Assembly (NCBI GenBank): GCA_965248925.1
Contig: CBDFLE010000006.1
Location: 5,120,001-5,184,000, forward strand
Length of the DNA: 64,000 nt
From: Candidatus Multivoradales bacterium
Lineage (GTDB): Bacteria > Acidobacteriota > Thermoanaerobaculia > Multivoradales > J023
Direction of reading: 5' to 3'
The position numbers were made by a program, and so were the translations under genes. Of the stretch, positions 12,401 through 19,623 are shown in pieces. The notes beneath the pieces were generated by a model. It did not search any database. It was not told the origin of the DNA and saw nothing but the letters and a program-made list of their open reading frames with translations. Position 1 is the stretch's first letter. The number at the start of each line of letters is the position of its first letter.

Positions 12401-15400
12401 CTTGAGGATCGCCAGCCGGACTATTGCAACAGGACTCTGCGGCTAGTGTTTCTGAGTGGAGACTGGATTCCGGTGTCGCTGCCCGATCGAATCCGACGGT
12501 TTTTTTCCGCCGCCGAAGTGGTCAGCCTGGGAGGTGCCACCGAAGCGACGGTGTGGTCGATCTTCCACCCGATCGGCGAAGTCGATCTATCGTCCGTCAG
12601 TATTCCCTACGGTCGGCCGCTCGATAACAACACTTTCTTTGTTCTCGACCGCAGTCTGAGCTTGGTGCCCACTGGCGTGGTCGGCGACCTTTACATTGGT
12701 GGTGTTGGCGTGGCTCGTGGCTATGCCGGTGATCCGCGCAAGACCGCGCAGGCTTTTGTACCTGACCGTTTCGCTGTTGGGGGCGAGCGCCTGTACCGCA
12801 CCGGTGACCTCGGCCGGATGCTCGACAGTGGCGCGATCGAGTTTCTCGGCCGCGCCGACCACCAGGTCAAGATCCGCGGGTTCCGGGTCGAACTCGGTGA
12901 GATCGAAAACACCCTGTTGCAGCATCCGCAAATCGTCGAGGCGGTAGTAGTGGTGCGAAGCGACCCGGCCGGTGACAAGTTGCTGTGCGCCTACCTCGTG
13001 GCTCGAGGTGGTTTCGAGCTGAACGCCGTTGAATTGCGCCGGCATCTCGGCGCAGCCTTGCCGGAGTACATGATCCCGGCGACCTACGTCTTCCTCGATC
13101 AGTTACCGCTGAATGCCAACAACAAACTCGATCGGCACCAGCTGCCGGATCCAGAGGTGGCCAATCTGGCGATCGCCGCCAGGTATGTGGAGCCGGAGAG
13201 CGTTCTGGAGAGTGAGCTGATCGATATCTGGCAGGAAGTGCTCGGCGTCGACGGTATCGGGACCCGGCATGACTTCTTTGAACTCGGTGGACACTCGCTC
13301 TCGGCGGTGCAAGTGATTACCCGGTTGCGCCAGAGCTACGGCATCGAGCTACCGCTGCGCGAGCTGTTCGATGGACCGACGGTGACCGAGCTGGCGGCTC
13401 GCTTGGGGCGGCTCGGGGCCAGCGGCGCCCGCAGCACTACAGCTCTGGAGATCGATCCGAGTCAGCGGCCAGATCCGGCCCCGCTATCGTTCTCTCAGGA
13501 GCGGCTGTGGTTCATCGATCAACTGGAGCCGGGCAACCCTGCCTACAATATCTCTACCGCCCTGCGTCTCAGAGGCGATCTCGATCTCGCTGCTCTGAGC
13601 GCCGCTTTCAGCGAGATCGTTCGTCGGCATGAGGTGTTGAGAACCACTTATCCGGCCGACCAGGGGCGACCTCTGATGGTGATCGCCGAGCCGGCAGCGG
13701 TGGCCGTCGGAGTTATCGATCTTGGGGCTATCGCCGCTGATCAGCGCCTCGATCAGGCTCGCGGGCTGGCCCAAAGAGTCGCTGAGCAGCCCTTCGATCT
13801 GGCCCGAGATTCGCTGTTGCGGGTAGTGGCGGTGCGGTTGGCGGAGGCTGATCACGTCGCTCTGCTGAGCATGCATCACATCGTTACCGATGGTTGGTCG
13901 ATGGGTATCTTGATTGACGAACTGGGAGTGCTCTACGGCAGCCGGGTGAGTGGCCGCGAAGGGAGCTTGCCGGAGCTACCGATTCAGTACGCGGACTATG
14001 CCCACTGGCAGCGACAGCGTCTGACTGACCGGGTGATCGAAAGCCAGCTTAACTTCTGGCGCGGCCAGCTGGAGGGCACCGCCACGGTGATCGATCTGCC
14101 CACCGATTTTCCGCGGCCGGCGCAGCGCAGCTCGCGTGGAGCGGTGGCTCGGGTGAGCATCGACCAGCGCTTGTCGGAGGCCCTGGCCGAGCTTGGCCGG
14201 GCGCGAGGGATGACCACGTTCATGGCCGTGTTGGCAGTGCTCGAGGTCTTACTACAACGCTACTCTGGCCAGAACGATTTCACTATCGGCACGCCGGTGA
14301 TGGGCCGGCACCGGGTGGAAACAGAAAGCTTGATCGGTTTCCTAGTCAACACCTTGGTGTTGCGTGCCGACCTCTCCGGGCAGCCCACTTTTGAATCGCT
14401 CTTGGAGCGGGTGCGAAGGATCAATCTGCGTGCTCACGAGCACCAGGAGCTGCCCTTCGAAAAGCTCGCCGAGCACCTTCAGCCGGACCGAGACCTCAGC
14501 CGCACACCCCTCTTCCAAGTTCTTTTCGTGCTGCAAAAGATGGCTAGCGAAGAGGCTCTGGAGTTGCCCGGCCTGACTCTCGAACCGCTGCGCGTTGATA
14601 CCGAAACGGCCCAGTTCGAGCTTACTTTGATCCTCAACGAGACGGTCGACGGTCTGACCGGATCCTTGATCTACAGTACAGATTTATTCACCGCCGACAG
14701 CATCGAGCGTCTGTGGCGGCATTTTGAGAGCTTGGCGCGGGCGGCGGTCGAGAATCCGGCGACCAAGATCGGCGATCTTGCGTTGCTCAGTGTTGCTGAG
14801 CGGCAAGAGCTGCTGAGTCTGGCCGTGGTCCGTGCACCAGCCTCGGCGAACGCTGGACGACTCACCCTGGTCGAGCTGTTTGCCCGCCAAGTCAAGGCTC
14901 GGCCAGACCATCTCGCGCTCAGCGCCGGTCAGCAGCATTGGACCTACCTGGAACTCGATCAGCAAACCGACCAGCTGGCGGCGCTGTTGCAGAGCCGCGG
15001 CGCCCGGCCGGAGGTGCTGATCGGCTTGTGCTGTGAGCGTGGTGCCAACATGGTGCTCGGCATCCTAAGCATTCTCAAAGCCGGCGCGGCCTACCTGCCG
15101 TTGGATCCGCGGTACCCGAAAGAGCGCCTAAGGCTGATTCTCGACGATTGTCGGGCACCGTTGTTGCTCAGTGAGCGGGCCGTGGCAGGTGACTTGCCCA
15201 GCCATGGTGCCGAGGTGGTCTTAGTCGATCAGCGGGCGGGTTTCGTTTCTGCCGCGTTGGCACCAGTGGCACTCGCGGCGGACCATCCGGTGTACGTGAT
15301 CTACACCTCCGGTTCTACCGGACGGCCGAAAGGGGTGCCGGTGAGCCACCGCAGTGTGGTCAGGCTGTTCGAGGCCTGCCAGCCGTGGTGTGAGTTTGGT

Positions 15401-18061
15401 GCTGAGGAAGTATGGGCGTTGTTTCATTCGTTCGCTTTCGATTTCTCGGTCTGGGAACTCTGGGGCGCGTTGCTGCACGGTGGGCGAGTGGTGGTAGTGC
15501 CCTATGCCACCAGCCGCTCGGCGGACGAGTTCCTCAACTTGCTCCGGCGGGAGCAGGTGACTGTTTTGAGCCAGACCCCTTCGGCTTTCCGCCAGTTGAT
15601 CGCGGCGGTAGAAAATGCCGCGGAGGCCGCCGAGGCTAGGGGCGAGGAATTCTCCACCGGCGCCTTGCGCTGGGTGATCTTCGGCGGCGAAGCGTTGGAG
15701 TTGCAGAGTCTGCGTCCCTGGTTCAAGCGCTTTGGCGACCGCCGGCCGCGGCTAGTCAACATGTATGGCATCACCGAAACAACCGTTCACGTTACCCAGC
15801 GGCATCTCGGCTTGCCGGACCTCGATGCTAGGCAGGGCTCGGTGATCGGCAAGGCCCTCGATCATCTGGGTATCTACCTGCTCGATAGGCACCTTCAGCT
15901 GCTGCCGCGGGGAGTAGTCGGCGAGATCTTTGTTGCCGGTGAGGGTCTCAGCCGCGGTTACCTGAGGCGGGCTGGCCTAACAGCCCTGCGTTTCGTGCCC
16001 CATCCCTACGCCGAAATGCCGGGTGAGCGGCTCTACCGCAGCGGGGATTTGGCCCGTTGGCGACGCGGTGGTGGCCTTGAATACCTCGGCCGCGCCGACA
16101 CCCAAGTCAAGATACGCGGTTTCCGGATCGAACTCGGTGAAGTCGAGGCGGTGCTGGCGGCACACCCAAGAGTGCGTCAAGCGCTGGTGTTGAAGAACGA
16201 GTTCAAGGCTGACGACGCCCGCTTAGTTGCTTATGCGGTGGTCGATACGGAGGAGCCGCCGACTCTCGATGAGCTGCTCACCCACCTGCATGCACAGCTG
16301 CCCGACTACATGGTGCCGGCCGCCTGCTGTCTGCTCGAAGCCTTTCCGCTGACCGCCCATGGCAAGATCGATCGTGGCTCCCTGCCGGAGGTCGAGACGG
16401 CACTAGTGAGGGCCGGTGGCGAGGCTCCGGTAACAACCGCCGAGGAGTTGCTGGCGGGGCTTTGGCAGGAGTTGTTGGGGGTCGAGGGGGTGGGTCGCCG
16501 GGATGATTTCTTCGACCTTGGCGGTCATTCTCTGCTCGCCACCCAACTAGTGTCGAGGCTGCGCGAGGTTTTTGCTCGCGAAGTATCCGTGCGGCAGATT
16601 TTCGAGCATCCGCGATTGGTCGACTTGGCTGCCAGCCTGGAAGACTCGGGGGTGGCTGAGCGACCACCACCGATCGTCCGCCGATCGTCCGCCGGGCGCC
16701 ATTTACTGTCTTTCCCCCAGCAGCGATTCTGGCTGCTTGAGCAGCTCGATCCAGGCTCTGCGGCCCACAATGTGATCGATGCTCTGCGCCTCGAAGGCGA
16801 GTTGGACGTTGCCGCGCTGGGACAGGCGCTGCAGCAGGTGTGGCAACGCCACGAGGTCTTGCGGGTGACTTTCTTCGAGGTCGACGGCCGGCCCTACCAG
16901 CGGCTCGGCTCGAAGTTGCAGCTGACCCTGCCGACGGTCGACCTGGGTGGTCTGGACAGCGCCGACCGGCAGCACCAACTGCGGCGTTGGATCGAGCGAG
17001 AAAGTACTGTTGGTTTCGATCTGGGCCGCGGACCCCTGCTGCGGGCGAAGCTGATTCGCCTGGCGAAGATCGAGCATGTCTTGCTGGTCAACCTCCACCA
17101 CATCGTTTGCGATGGTTGGTCAATGGGGCGCTTGATGGGCGAGGTCACCGGTTTCTACGGTGCCCTTAGGTCGAGGGATGGCCGGCTACCGGAAAAGCTA
17201 CCGGTGAGCTACTTGGACTATGTCGCCTGGCAGCGCGAGTGGCTCGACGAGGCTCGCCAAGAGGAGCAACTGGACTACTGGCGGCTACGCCTAGCCGGTG
17301 ATCCGCCACCGGTCGAGTTGCCGCTCGAGCTGCCCAAACCCCAAGTTGGTCACCGTCGCGGTGCGGCCCATGTCGAATGGCTGCCCAGCGAACTCAGTGG
17401 CGAGTTGGAACGGCTCGGCCGGCGGCAGGGCGCTACCTTGTTCATGACTTTGTTGGCGGCCTTTAAGGTATTGCTACTGCGGGCCTCGGGTATCGACGAT
17501 TTGGTGGTGGGAACTAATCTAGCCAACCGCAATCGGGTCGAACTAGAGGGCCTGGTAGGCAACTTCATCAACATGCTGGCCTTGCGCAGTGACCTTTCCG
17601 GCGCACCGTCTTTTCTCGAGGTGCTGGAGAGGGTACGGGTCACGGCACTCGAGGCCTACGCGCACCAGGATGTGCCGTACGAACAGGTGCTGCGGGAAGT
17701 ACTACCCCATCGCGCAGGCCGCGGCGCGGCGCTGATCCGCTGGATGCTGGCTTTCGAGAAGTATCCACCGAGCGGTGTCGAGCTGCCCGAACTGGTGGTG
17801 TCGGCGGTCGACTTCGAGGTTTCTTCCTCAGCTTTTGACCTCAGTCTCAATCTCAGTGAGGACGGCGAGCGGGGTATCAAGGCGATCTGGGTCTTCGATA
17901 CCGAGTTCTTTGGTCAGGCGGCAATCACCGCCCTGGCGCAGGATTTCCTGGCTGTGCTCGAGCAAGTGACCCTTAACCCGGAACGGCCGGTGAGTGAGGT
18001 GCGGATCGTCCATGAGGCGCCGACTTCGACTCTGGTCGACGCCTTCAATGACGACCTCTGA
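473..18061 (+). CDS. NRPS1, about 5862 aa: N-terminal docking helix-C-A(Ala)-T-C-A(Lys/Orn-like)-T-C-A(Thr)-T-C(modAA)-A(Cys-like)-T-C-A(Thr)-T-C
   Basis: The ORF track starts at 404, but ATG 473 has an RBS and begins a docking-type helix (MDRKRQIDGLSPAALAALVKNLRQKK). Six HHxxxD(G/A) C motifs, five YTSGS(T/S)GxPKG A3 motifs and five GG(H/D)S T motifs. Manual codes: DLFNNALTYK (Ala), DTENIGTIVK (basic, Lys-like), DFWNIGMVHK (Thr), DLYNFSLVWK (Cys-like), DFWSIGMVHK (Thr). Ends in a C domain followed by ...LVDAFNDDL*. Confidence 0.96.
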   Translation: MDRKRQIDGLSPAALAALVKNLRQKKKVVRRRIPRLGRSPAGDRLSFAQERFWFLDRLHPGSATYNIAGAVTLGGELDVAALRASLDALVARHQTLRTRFAERDGSPVQILFDPPLTPLPVIDLQQLLSSDRQQQADRLGARWARSPFELNRGPLLRCLLLHVSARQTQLVLGLHHIIADGWSCAIMVREIADGYSRWCVPEPPADGGWDAELPIQYADFADWQRQRLVDERLASLLDFWQPRLQGVPVLDLPTDGQRSASAAGLGGRLPLRIDRHLTSGLETLAKGAGVTLFVALVGVFGLLLRRFSGQQDFAVATPTAGRDRSELEPLIGCFVNTLLLRLRWSDNLLLDDLLSATGEQMAGALEHQELPFEELVRELDPQRSMATAPLAQVMLVLQGTPLDLRLGDLSLTLEELDTGSAKFDLLLNLTPCSGRLEGFLEYRRELFDRSTVDRLCRYLEALIAAFVGGRGRLLSQLSAAPRSERQQLLYEWSEASTAGSPNRGSVGDLLHRMVAAQSQRSPTSTALIDGASSWSYAQLDEAVGQLASRLVGAGVEPGQPVAVCLRRSPEMVVCLLAVMRAGAYYVPLDVGYPTERLHFIVTDSAVQVVLLGAALEVDLPPVATTLRIEPWRLAELSGTAARRDRECRPSVALASESLAYVIYTSGSTGQPKGVGISHSAATGLMHWARSQFSDSELSGVLAATSICFDLSVFELFAPLCWGGCAVLAEDALNLSGLPAADRVRLINTVPSVMAAVLRQGPLPASVETINLAGEALSGALVAQVYAAAGVRRVLNLYGPSEDTTYSTATEVSRSARVPTIGRPLPATEVYLLDRRGLPVPLGARGELALGGAHLARGYLRRSALTAERFVPHSFSAAAGARLYLTGDQARYRGAGELDFLGRLDHQVKVRGFRIELGEVAARLTEHPAVEEVVAVVEADADGGWLIAFWSGRSADSPAVSGAELRAFLATRLPDFMVPTWLLRLAELPRTANGKIDRRALPGLSEIRGQHSGEYIAPRDAVERTVADIWCQVLKLERVGALDEFFALGGHSLLATRVVARVREAFGIELPLRSVFEFSTVERSAEQIRSLQQAPGELAEWARIEAVSAAVLPLSFAQERLWFVEQLEPGAATHNVPAAVRLVGSLDRLALHAALAAIIERHAILRTVVRSTDGRGLQEFLPSLELLVPLTDLSALDSAAAEDQLALVFAASAQRPFDLEKGPLIRSQLLRLASAEHVLLLELHHLITDAWSMEILIRELTAFYGGKSLPPVELSYGDFALWQRRLLDERALEPHLDYWRRQLAAIEPLELPTDWPRPTQPSQRGGALPVVLGMRLSAALEDFSRRFAATPFMVLLATFAHQLSIYSGRCDIAIGSPVAGRQRIELEEMIGFFVNTLVLRVEVGGDPTFRQLLGRVRELTLQGQEHQQVPFARLVEELSPRRDLGITPLFQVMLVLQTAPRPVLAVEGLELEPLAVHNATAPFELTLSLAPVDDGLEGTFEYAAELFSAATVARFRDHFCHLLSAVVEQPNRRLSELSPLAAGERHQVLVSWAGTTLCLAEPSTVVERIDAAVGGRQAVAAVVDGDQRLSYGELDVAVVALAQRLRRFGVGPEIRVAVHLRRSARLIVALLAVMKCGGAYVPLDPRAPRRRLAQILDDAGVALVLSESQLLGDLPSTEVPVWTLGALEEAAAVADERAFATVAPELTAYLIYTSGSSGRPKGVAISHRALASYVVRAAERYDLGEGDRVLQLNSISFDTSAEEIFPALLAGATLVPWSGELESAGAFLASCQRVGVTVLNFPTAYWHTLVAEVEDDSTAHWPAGLRLVIIGGEQALAQDLGRWRGQLDGAVRLLNTYGPTEATIVASWWEDAGQRLSGATGLPIGEPTPNARTRVLDRCLRPLPIGVPGELCIGGEGLARGYFGNPRLTAELFVPDPYSSDAFDRLYRTGDLVRFTGGGELEFVGRRDHQVKIRGFRVELGEIEAALEADPGVRSAVVTATPSPAGDLRLAAYVVALDSVQLNLEDLATATASRLPNYMLPSAWGELDTLPLLASGKVNRRALASPEWRSESAERVAPVGESEVLLARLFGELLEVAQAGANDDFFRLGGHSLLAIQLVSRVRAALAVELPVRQVFEHPRLADLARRLDVLRHQQAAVELGSIERRPDSAPVELSYAQQRLWFLDQLQPESIAYHVPVVVELEGALDVDALRHSLARTMARHSVLRTIFPTRGGRPAAEVAATAVLGQPAVDLTALTHSAAEKQAQQIVLQSIRRPFDLGRGLLWRTLLLRLGERRHRLILTLHHIVTDGWSMGILLRELTIHYAALKSGEQIDLPALPVSYSDYASWQRGWLGSELIASQLAYWKEALAGAPAVLDLPTDRPRPANPRQLGALHGFRWSSSLSDRLSAFGRDRGATLFMVLRALFQLLLARQARQTDLVIGSPVAGRRQLEVEGLIGLFVNLLPLRAELSGEPTFEDFLEQVRDNTLAAFTHQDLPFERLVDELQPQRDLSYTPIFQTLLVLQNAPLKPAVVSDLELRPLQVDFGIAKFDLTLTFEEGSEGLEGLFEYDLELFDTTTVERFASRLQTLCESALAAPLQCCGRLDLLPPEERRQLLAQTPLRVAAPSLEPLHQLFEAQAARRPDAVALCLGSATLTYRALDRRAERLAAALRGLGVKRGARVGIFLDRSLDLVMAILAVLKMGAAYVPLDPANPAERLAYLLQDSGLGVLLTQRRLLASLPESNLRTVLLDAPWPPPLAGGVRSTPEDAAYVIYTSGSTGKPKGVEVTHANVTRLLSAARQGFDFDQLDAWSLFHSCAFDFSVWELWGALAYGGRLLVVPYWTSRSPDELLELLARQRVTVLNQTPSAFRQLIRAEQSAAAAPRLALRWVIFGGEALELESLRPWFERHGEERPRLVNMFGITETTVHVTYRRLLAADLDRLAGASPIGEPLPDLRLHLLDGYLEPLPIGVVGELYVAGAGIARGYLERPALTAERLVPDPFSGLPGERLYRSGDLARRLTSGDLAYVGRADQQVKIRGFRIELGEIEGALLEHPAVTEAAVLALDGGDGSKLAAYVVATAASDDLRAHLLALLPQYMVPEHIQTLSNLPLTANGKLDQRRLPVPRRQAGEPTAAHVPPTDPLARRVAAAWRQVLERQEIGMTDSFFTLGGDSIKAVRLAGLLNEEFDAGFKVRDVFRFQTVGEQTERLRGGAAGWTIEREHSAGLEQIARFRKGLLADAETAARLPPDWADVYPLSDIEKSMVYYSLLWPEEPVYHDQFVYFVELQQPAGFFRALELLIDRHHNLRCSFDLYSFAEQAKVVHRTAGPQWAVEDLSALAEDAQRRRVLQYQASDLARRFSFTGDLMWRFKLFRLAGERHCVVWTFHHAILDGWSNISLWVELSETCRLADLETRSALPPLATGYRDYVAVTLGRKGSAETTAFWRRYLAGHERSKLPFNRARRQLGTDTAMQIRRRDLGGELLERLRRQAARYELSLQGLCLAAHVFLLHVLSSVGDLVTGVVSNDRVGLADGEKVLGCFLTTLPLRLAADRHHHRLELVREVERRLIDVKAHEIPLVEIAAASGTRVTSGNPLFDTLFNYMDFHRLEGLQQNSCFRAQTSDQQVEAFGLENSEMTNTLFDLEVNTTLGGLGCVVKFSPEHFEPADIEKTLDLYGSLLHAFAEDLGAPLDAEQLLVSSSERQQLVQRYNHTGIAYKTDQLLHQPFERSCARAAARVAVSCAGKSLSYGELENRANQLAHYLIERGVEPGDNVGLIYARSLELAVGVLAILKAGAAYVPIEPSYPALRKSYIVNSSGIRWLLAADQSQTVLDFDQLVADEVMVLVPEPQVLAACSPRIPEVASSAAHRTRQLAYTIYTSGSTGRPKGVMIEHQQAINLLSWVNRQYRVGGDDVLLMLSSVCFDLSVYDLFGGWAAGAKVVIAELGDIREPGRTRDLLDAEGVTFWNSVPSTLGTLVKYLEDRQPDYCNRTLRLVFLSGDWIPVSLPDRIRRFFSAAEVVSLGGATEATVWSIFHPIGEVDLSSVSIPYGRPLDNNTFFVLDRSLSLVPTGVVGDLYIGGVGVARGYAGDPRKTAQAFVPDRFAVGGERLYRTGDLGRMLDSGAIEFLGRADHQVKIRGFRVELGEIENTLLQHPQIVEAVVVVRSDPAGDKLLCAYLVARGGFELNAVELRRHLGAALPEYMIPATYVFLDQLPLNANNKLDRHQLPDPEVANLAIAARYVEPESVLESELIDIWQEVLGVDGIGTRHDFFELGGHSLSAVQVITRLRQSYGIELPLRELFDGPTVTELAARLGRLGASGARSTTALEIDPSQRPDPAPLSFSQERLWFIDQLEPGNPAYNISTALRLRGDLDLAALSAAFSEIVRRHEVLRTTYPADQGRPLMVIAEPAAVAVGVIDLGAIAADQRLDQARGLAQRVAEQPFDLARDSLLRVVAVRLAEADHVALLSMHHIVTDGWSMGILIDELGVLYGSRVSGREGSLPELPIQYADYAHWQRQRLTDRVIESQLNFWRGQLEGTATVIDLPTDFPRPAQRSSRGAVARVSIDQRLSEALAELGRARGMTTFMAVLAVLEVLLQRYSGQNDFTIGTPVMGRHRVETESLIGFLVNTLVLRADLSGQPTFESLLERVRRINLRAHEHQELPFEKLAEHLQPDRDLSRTPLFQVLFVLQKMASEEALELPGLTLEPLRVDTETAQFELTLILNETVDGLTGSLIYSTDLFTADSIERLWRHFESLARAAVENPATKIGDLALLSVAERQELLSLAVVRAPASANAGRLTLVELFARQVKARPDHLALSAGQQHWTYLELDQQTDQLAALLQSRGARPEVLIGLCCERGANMVLGILSILKAGAAYLPLDPRYPKERLRLILDDCRAPLLLSERAVAGDLPSHGAEVVLVDQRAGFVSAALAPVALAADHPVYVIYTSGSTGRPKGVPVSHRSVVRLFEACQPWCEFGAEEVWALFHSFAFDFSVWELWGALLHGGRVVVVPYATSRSADEFLNLLRREQVTVLSQTPSAFRQLIAAVENAAEAAEARGEEFSTGALRWVIFGGEALELQSLRPWFKRFGDRRPRLVNMYGITETTVHVTQRHLGLPDLDARQGSVIGKALDHLGIYLLDRHLQLLPRGVVGEIFVAGEGLSRGYLRRAGLTALRFVPHPYAEMPGERLYRSGDLARWRRGGGLEYLGRADTQVKIRGFRIELGEVEAVLAAHPRVRQALVLKNEFKADDARLVAYAVVDTEEPPTLDELLTHLHAQLPDYMVPAACCLLEAFPLTAHGKIDRGSLPEVETALVRAGGEAPVTTAEELLAGLWQELLGVEGVGRRDDFFDLGGHSLLATQLVSRLREVFAREVSVRQIFEHPRLVDLAASLEDSGVAERPPPIVRRSSAGRHLLSFPQQRFWLLEQLDPGSAAHNVIDALRLEGELDVAALGQALQQVWQRHEVLRVTFFEVDGRPYQRLGSKLQLTLPTVDLGGLDSADRQHQLRRWIERESTVGFDLGRGPLLRAKLIRLAKIEHVLLVNLHHIVCDGWSMGRLMGEVTGFYGALRSRDGRLPEKLPVSYLDYVAWQREWLDEARQEEQLDYWRLRLAGDPPPVELPLELPKPQVGHRRGAAHVEWLPSELSGELERLGRRQGATLFMTLLAAFKVLLLRASGIDDLVVGTNLANRNRVELEGLVGNFINMLALRSDLSGAPSFLEVLERVRVTALEAYAHQDVPYEQVLREVLPHRAGRGAALIRWMLAFEKYPPSGVELPELVVSAVDFEVSSSAFDLSLNLSEDGERGIKAIWVFDTEFFGQAAITALAQDFLAVLEQVTLNPERPVSEVRIVHEAPTSTLVDAFNDDL

Positions 18062-18098
18062 CCCCTGGCTTGGATCGGCCGACGGAGAACATTTCAAT

Positions 18099-19619
18099 AT
18101 GGCAACAGTGCGCCTCTTGACCCTCGATTTCTACACTTTGGAGGAGCTTCGTCAGTGGCTTGAAGACGACCTCGAGCTAGTGCTGGATGATGCAGTTCGC
18201 CAGAGCATTCAAGCGGGTGCCGAATTCGTCCAACGCAAGGCCCAAGAGGACTGCTTCATCTATGGTGTCAATACCGGTTTTGGTTCGCTGTGCGAGACTC
18301 GGGTCGACAGTGATGAGATCGAGTTGCTGCAGTACAACCATGTGGTTTCGCACGCCTGCGGCGTCGGCCAACTGGTGCCTGAGCACACCGCGCGGATGTT
18401 GCTGTTAATCAAGCTACTGACCTTTCGCTCCGGTCGCACCGGTATCTCTCTGCCGACCGTTGGACGGATCGTCGAAATGTGGAATCGGCGGATCACTCCG
18501 GCGATCCCGCGCAAGGGTTCAGTGGGCGCCAGCGGTGATCTCGCGCCACTGGCCCACATGTCGTTGCCGCTGCTGGGTCTCGGCCGGGTCTATTACCGCG
18601 GCGAGGTAATAGACAGTGCGGAGATGTTGGCCGCCGAAGGTTGGCAGCCCCTCGAACTCAAAGCCAAGGAAGGTCTCGCTTTGACCAACGGCGTGCAGTA
18701 CATCAACTCGGTAGCGGTGGAAAGTGTGCTGTGGGCTATCGAGTTGGCCCGTTGCGCCGATTTGGCGGCGGCGATGAGTATCCAGGCGTTTAGTGCCGCC
18801 AGCAGTTTCTATCACCCGCGGTACCACGAAACCTCGTACCACTTAGAACGACGCACGGTTGCTGGCAACTTGAGATTGCTACTCGACGGCAGCAACCACG
18901 ACCGCTTGCCGACCTGTAACTCATCGCAGCAAGACCCCTACTCGTTCCGCTGCATTCCGCAGGTTCACGGGGCCATCCGACAAGTGCTCGGTTTCGTTGC
19001 CGGAGTGATCGAGAATGAGGTCAATGGAGTTTCAGACAACCCGCTGTTCTTCGCCGAGGCCGATGAGATCCACTACGGCGGCAATTTGCACGGCGAGTCC
19101 ACCGCCTTGGCCCTAGATAACTTGGCGATCGCTATTTCGGAGCTGTCTAATATTTCTGAGCGCCGCACCTACCAGCTGCTCTCGGGTAGTCGTGGCCTAC
19201 CCAGCTTCTTGGTTGCCAAGCCAGGCGCCAACTCCGGCTTCATGATCGTGCAATACACCTCGGCGGCGTTGCTCAATGAGAACAAACTGCTAGCCAGTCC
19301 GGCCAGCGTCGACACTATTCCGACCTGTCAGTTGCAGGAGGATCACGTCAGCATGGGTGCTACCTCGGCCCACAAACTCCTGCAAATCCTGACTAACTCC
19401 GAACGCATCCTGGCCACCGAAATGCTGATCGCCGCCCAGGCGATCGATTTCAACCAGGGATTGGAACTGTCAGAGATCACCCGGGCGGTACACCAGGGAC
19501 TGCGCTCGGTGGTGCCGTTTTTGGACAACGACCGGGTGATGAGCGACGATATGGAAACCGCCTTCGAGTTCTTCGCTGGCAACAAACGCGAGTGGAGTAG
19601 CTCGCTAGGGCTGAGCTGA
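18099..19619 (+). CDS. MIO-dependent aromatic amino acid ammonia-lyase/aminomutase family protein, histidine ammonia-lyase (HutH)-like, about 506 aa
   Basis: Motifs YGVNTGFGSL, SHACGVG, GSVGASGDLAPLAH (MIO-forming Ala-Ser-Gly at 18528-18536), KEGLALTNG, QDPYSFRCIPQVHG, SDNP, SERR and QEDHVSM. ATG 18099 has GGAG at 18084-18087; the track start at 17994 overlaps NRPS1. Confidence 0.93.
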   Translation: MATVRLLTLDFYTLEELRQWLEDDLELVLDDAVRQSIQAGAEFVQRKAQEDCFIYGVNTGFGSLCETRVDSDEIELLQYNHVVSHACGVGQLVPEHTARMLLLIKLLTFRSGRTGISLPTVGRIVEMWNRRITPAIPRKGSVGASGDLAPLAHMSLPLLGLGRVYYRGEVIDSAEMLAAEGWQPLELKAKEGLALTNGVQYINSVAVESVLWAIELARCADLAAAMSIQAFSAASSFYHPRYHETSYHLERRTVAGNLRLLLDGSNHDRLPTCNSSQQDPYSFRCIPQVHGAIRQVLGFVAGVIENEVNGVSDNPLFFAEADEIHYGGNLHGESTALALDNLAIAISELSNISERRTYQLLSGSRGLPSFLVAKPGANSGFMIVQYTSAALLNENKLLASPASVDTIPTCQLQEDHVSMGATSAHKLLQILTNSERILATEMLIAAQAIDFNQGLELSEITRAVHQGLRSVVPFLDNDRVMSDDMETAFEFFAGNKREWSSSLGLS

Positions 19620-19623
19620 GCCA

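Noticed and set aside
18099-19619. Naming the MIO gene hutH (histidine catabolism)
   Set aside because: The family assignment is clear, but there is no hut operon context in the window and several pocket residues differ, so the symbol is withheld.
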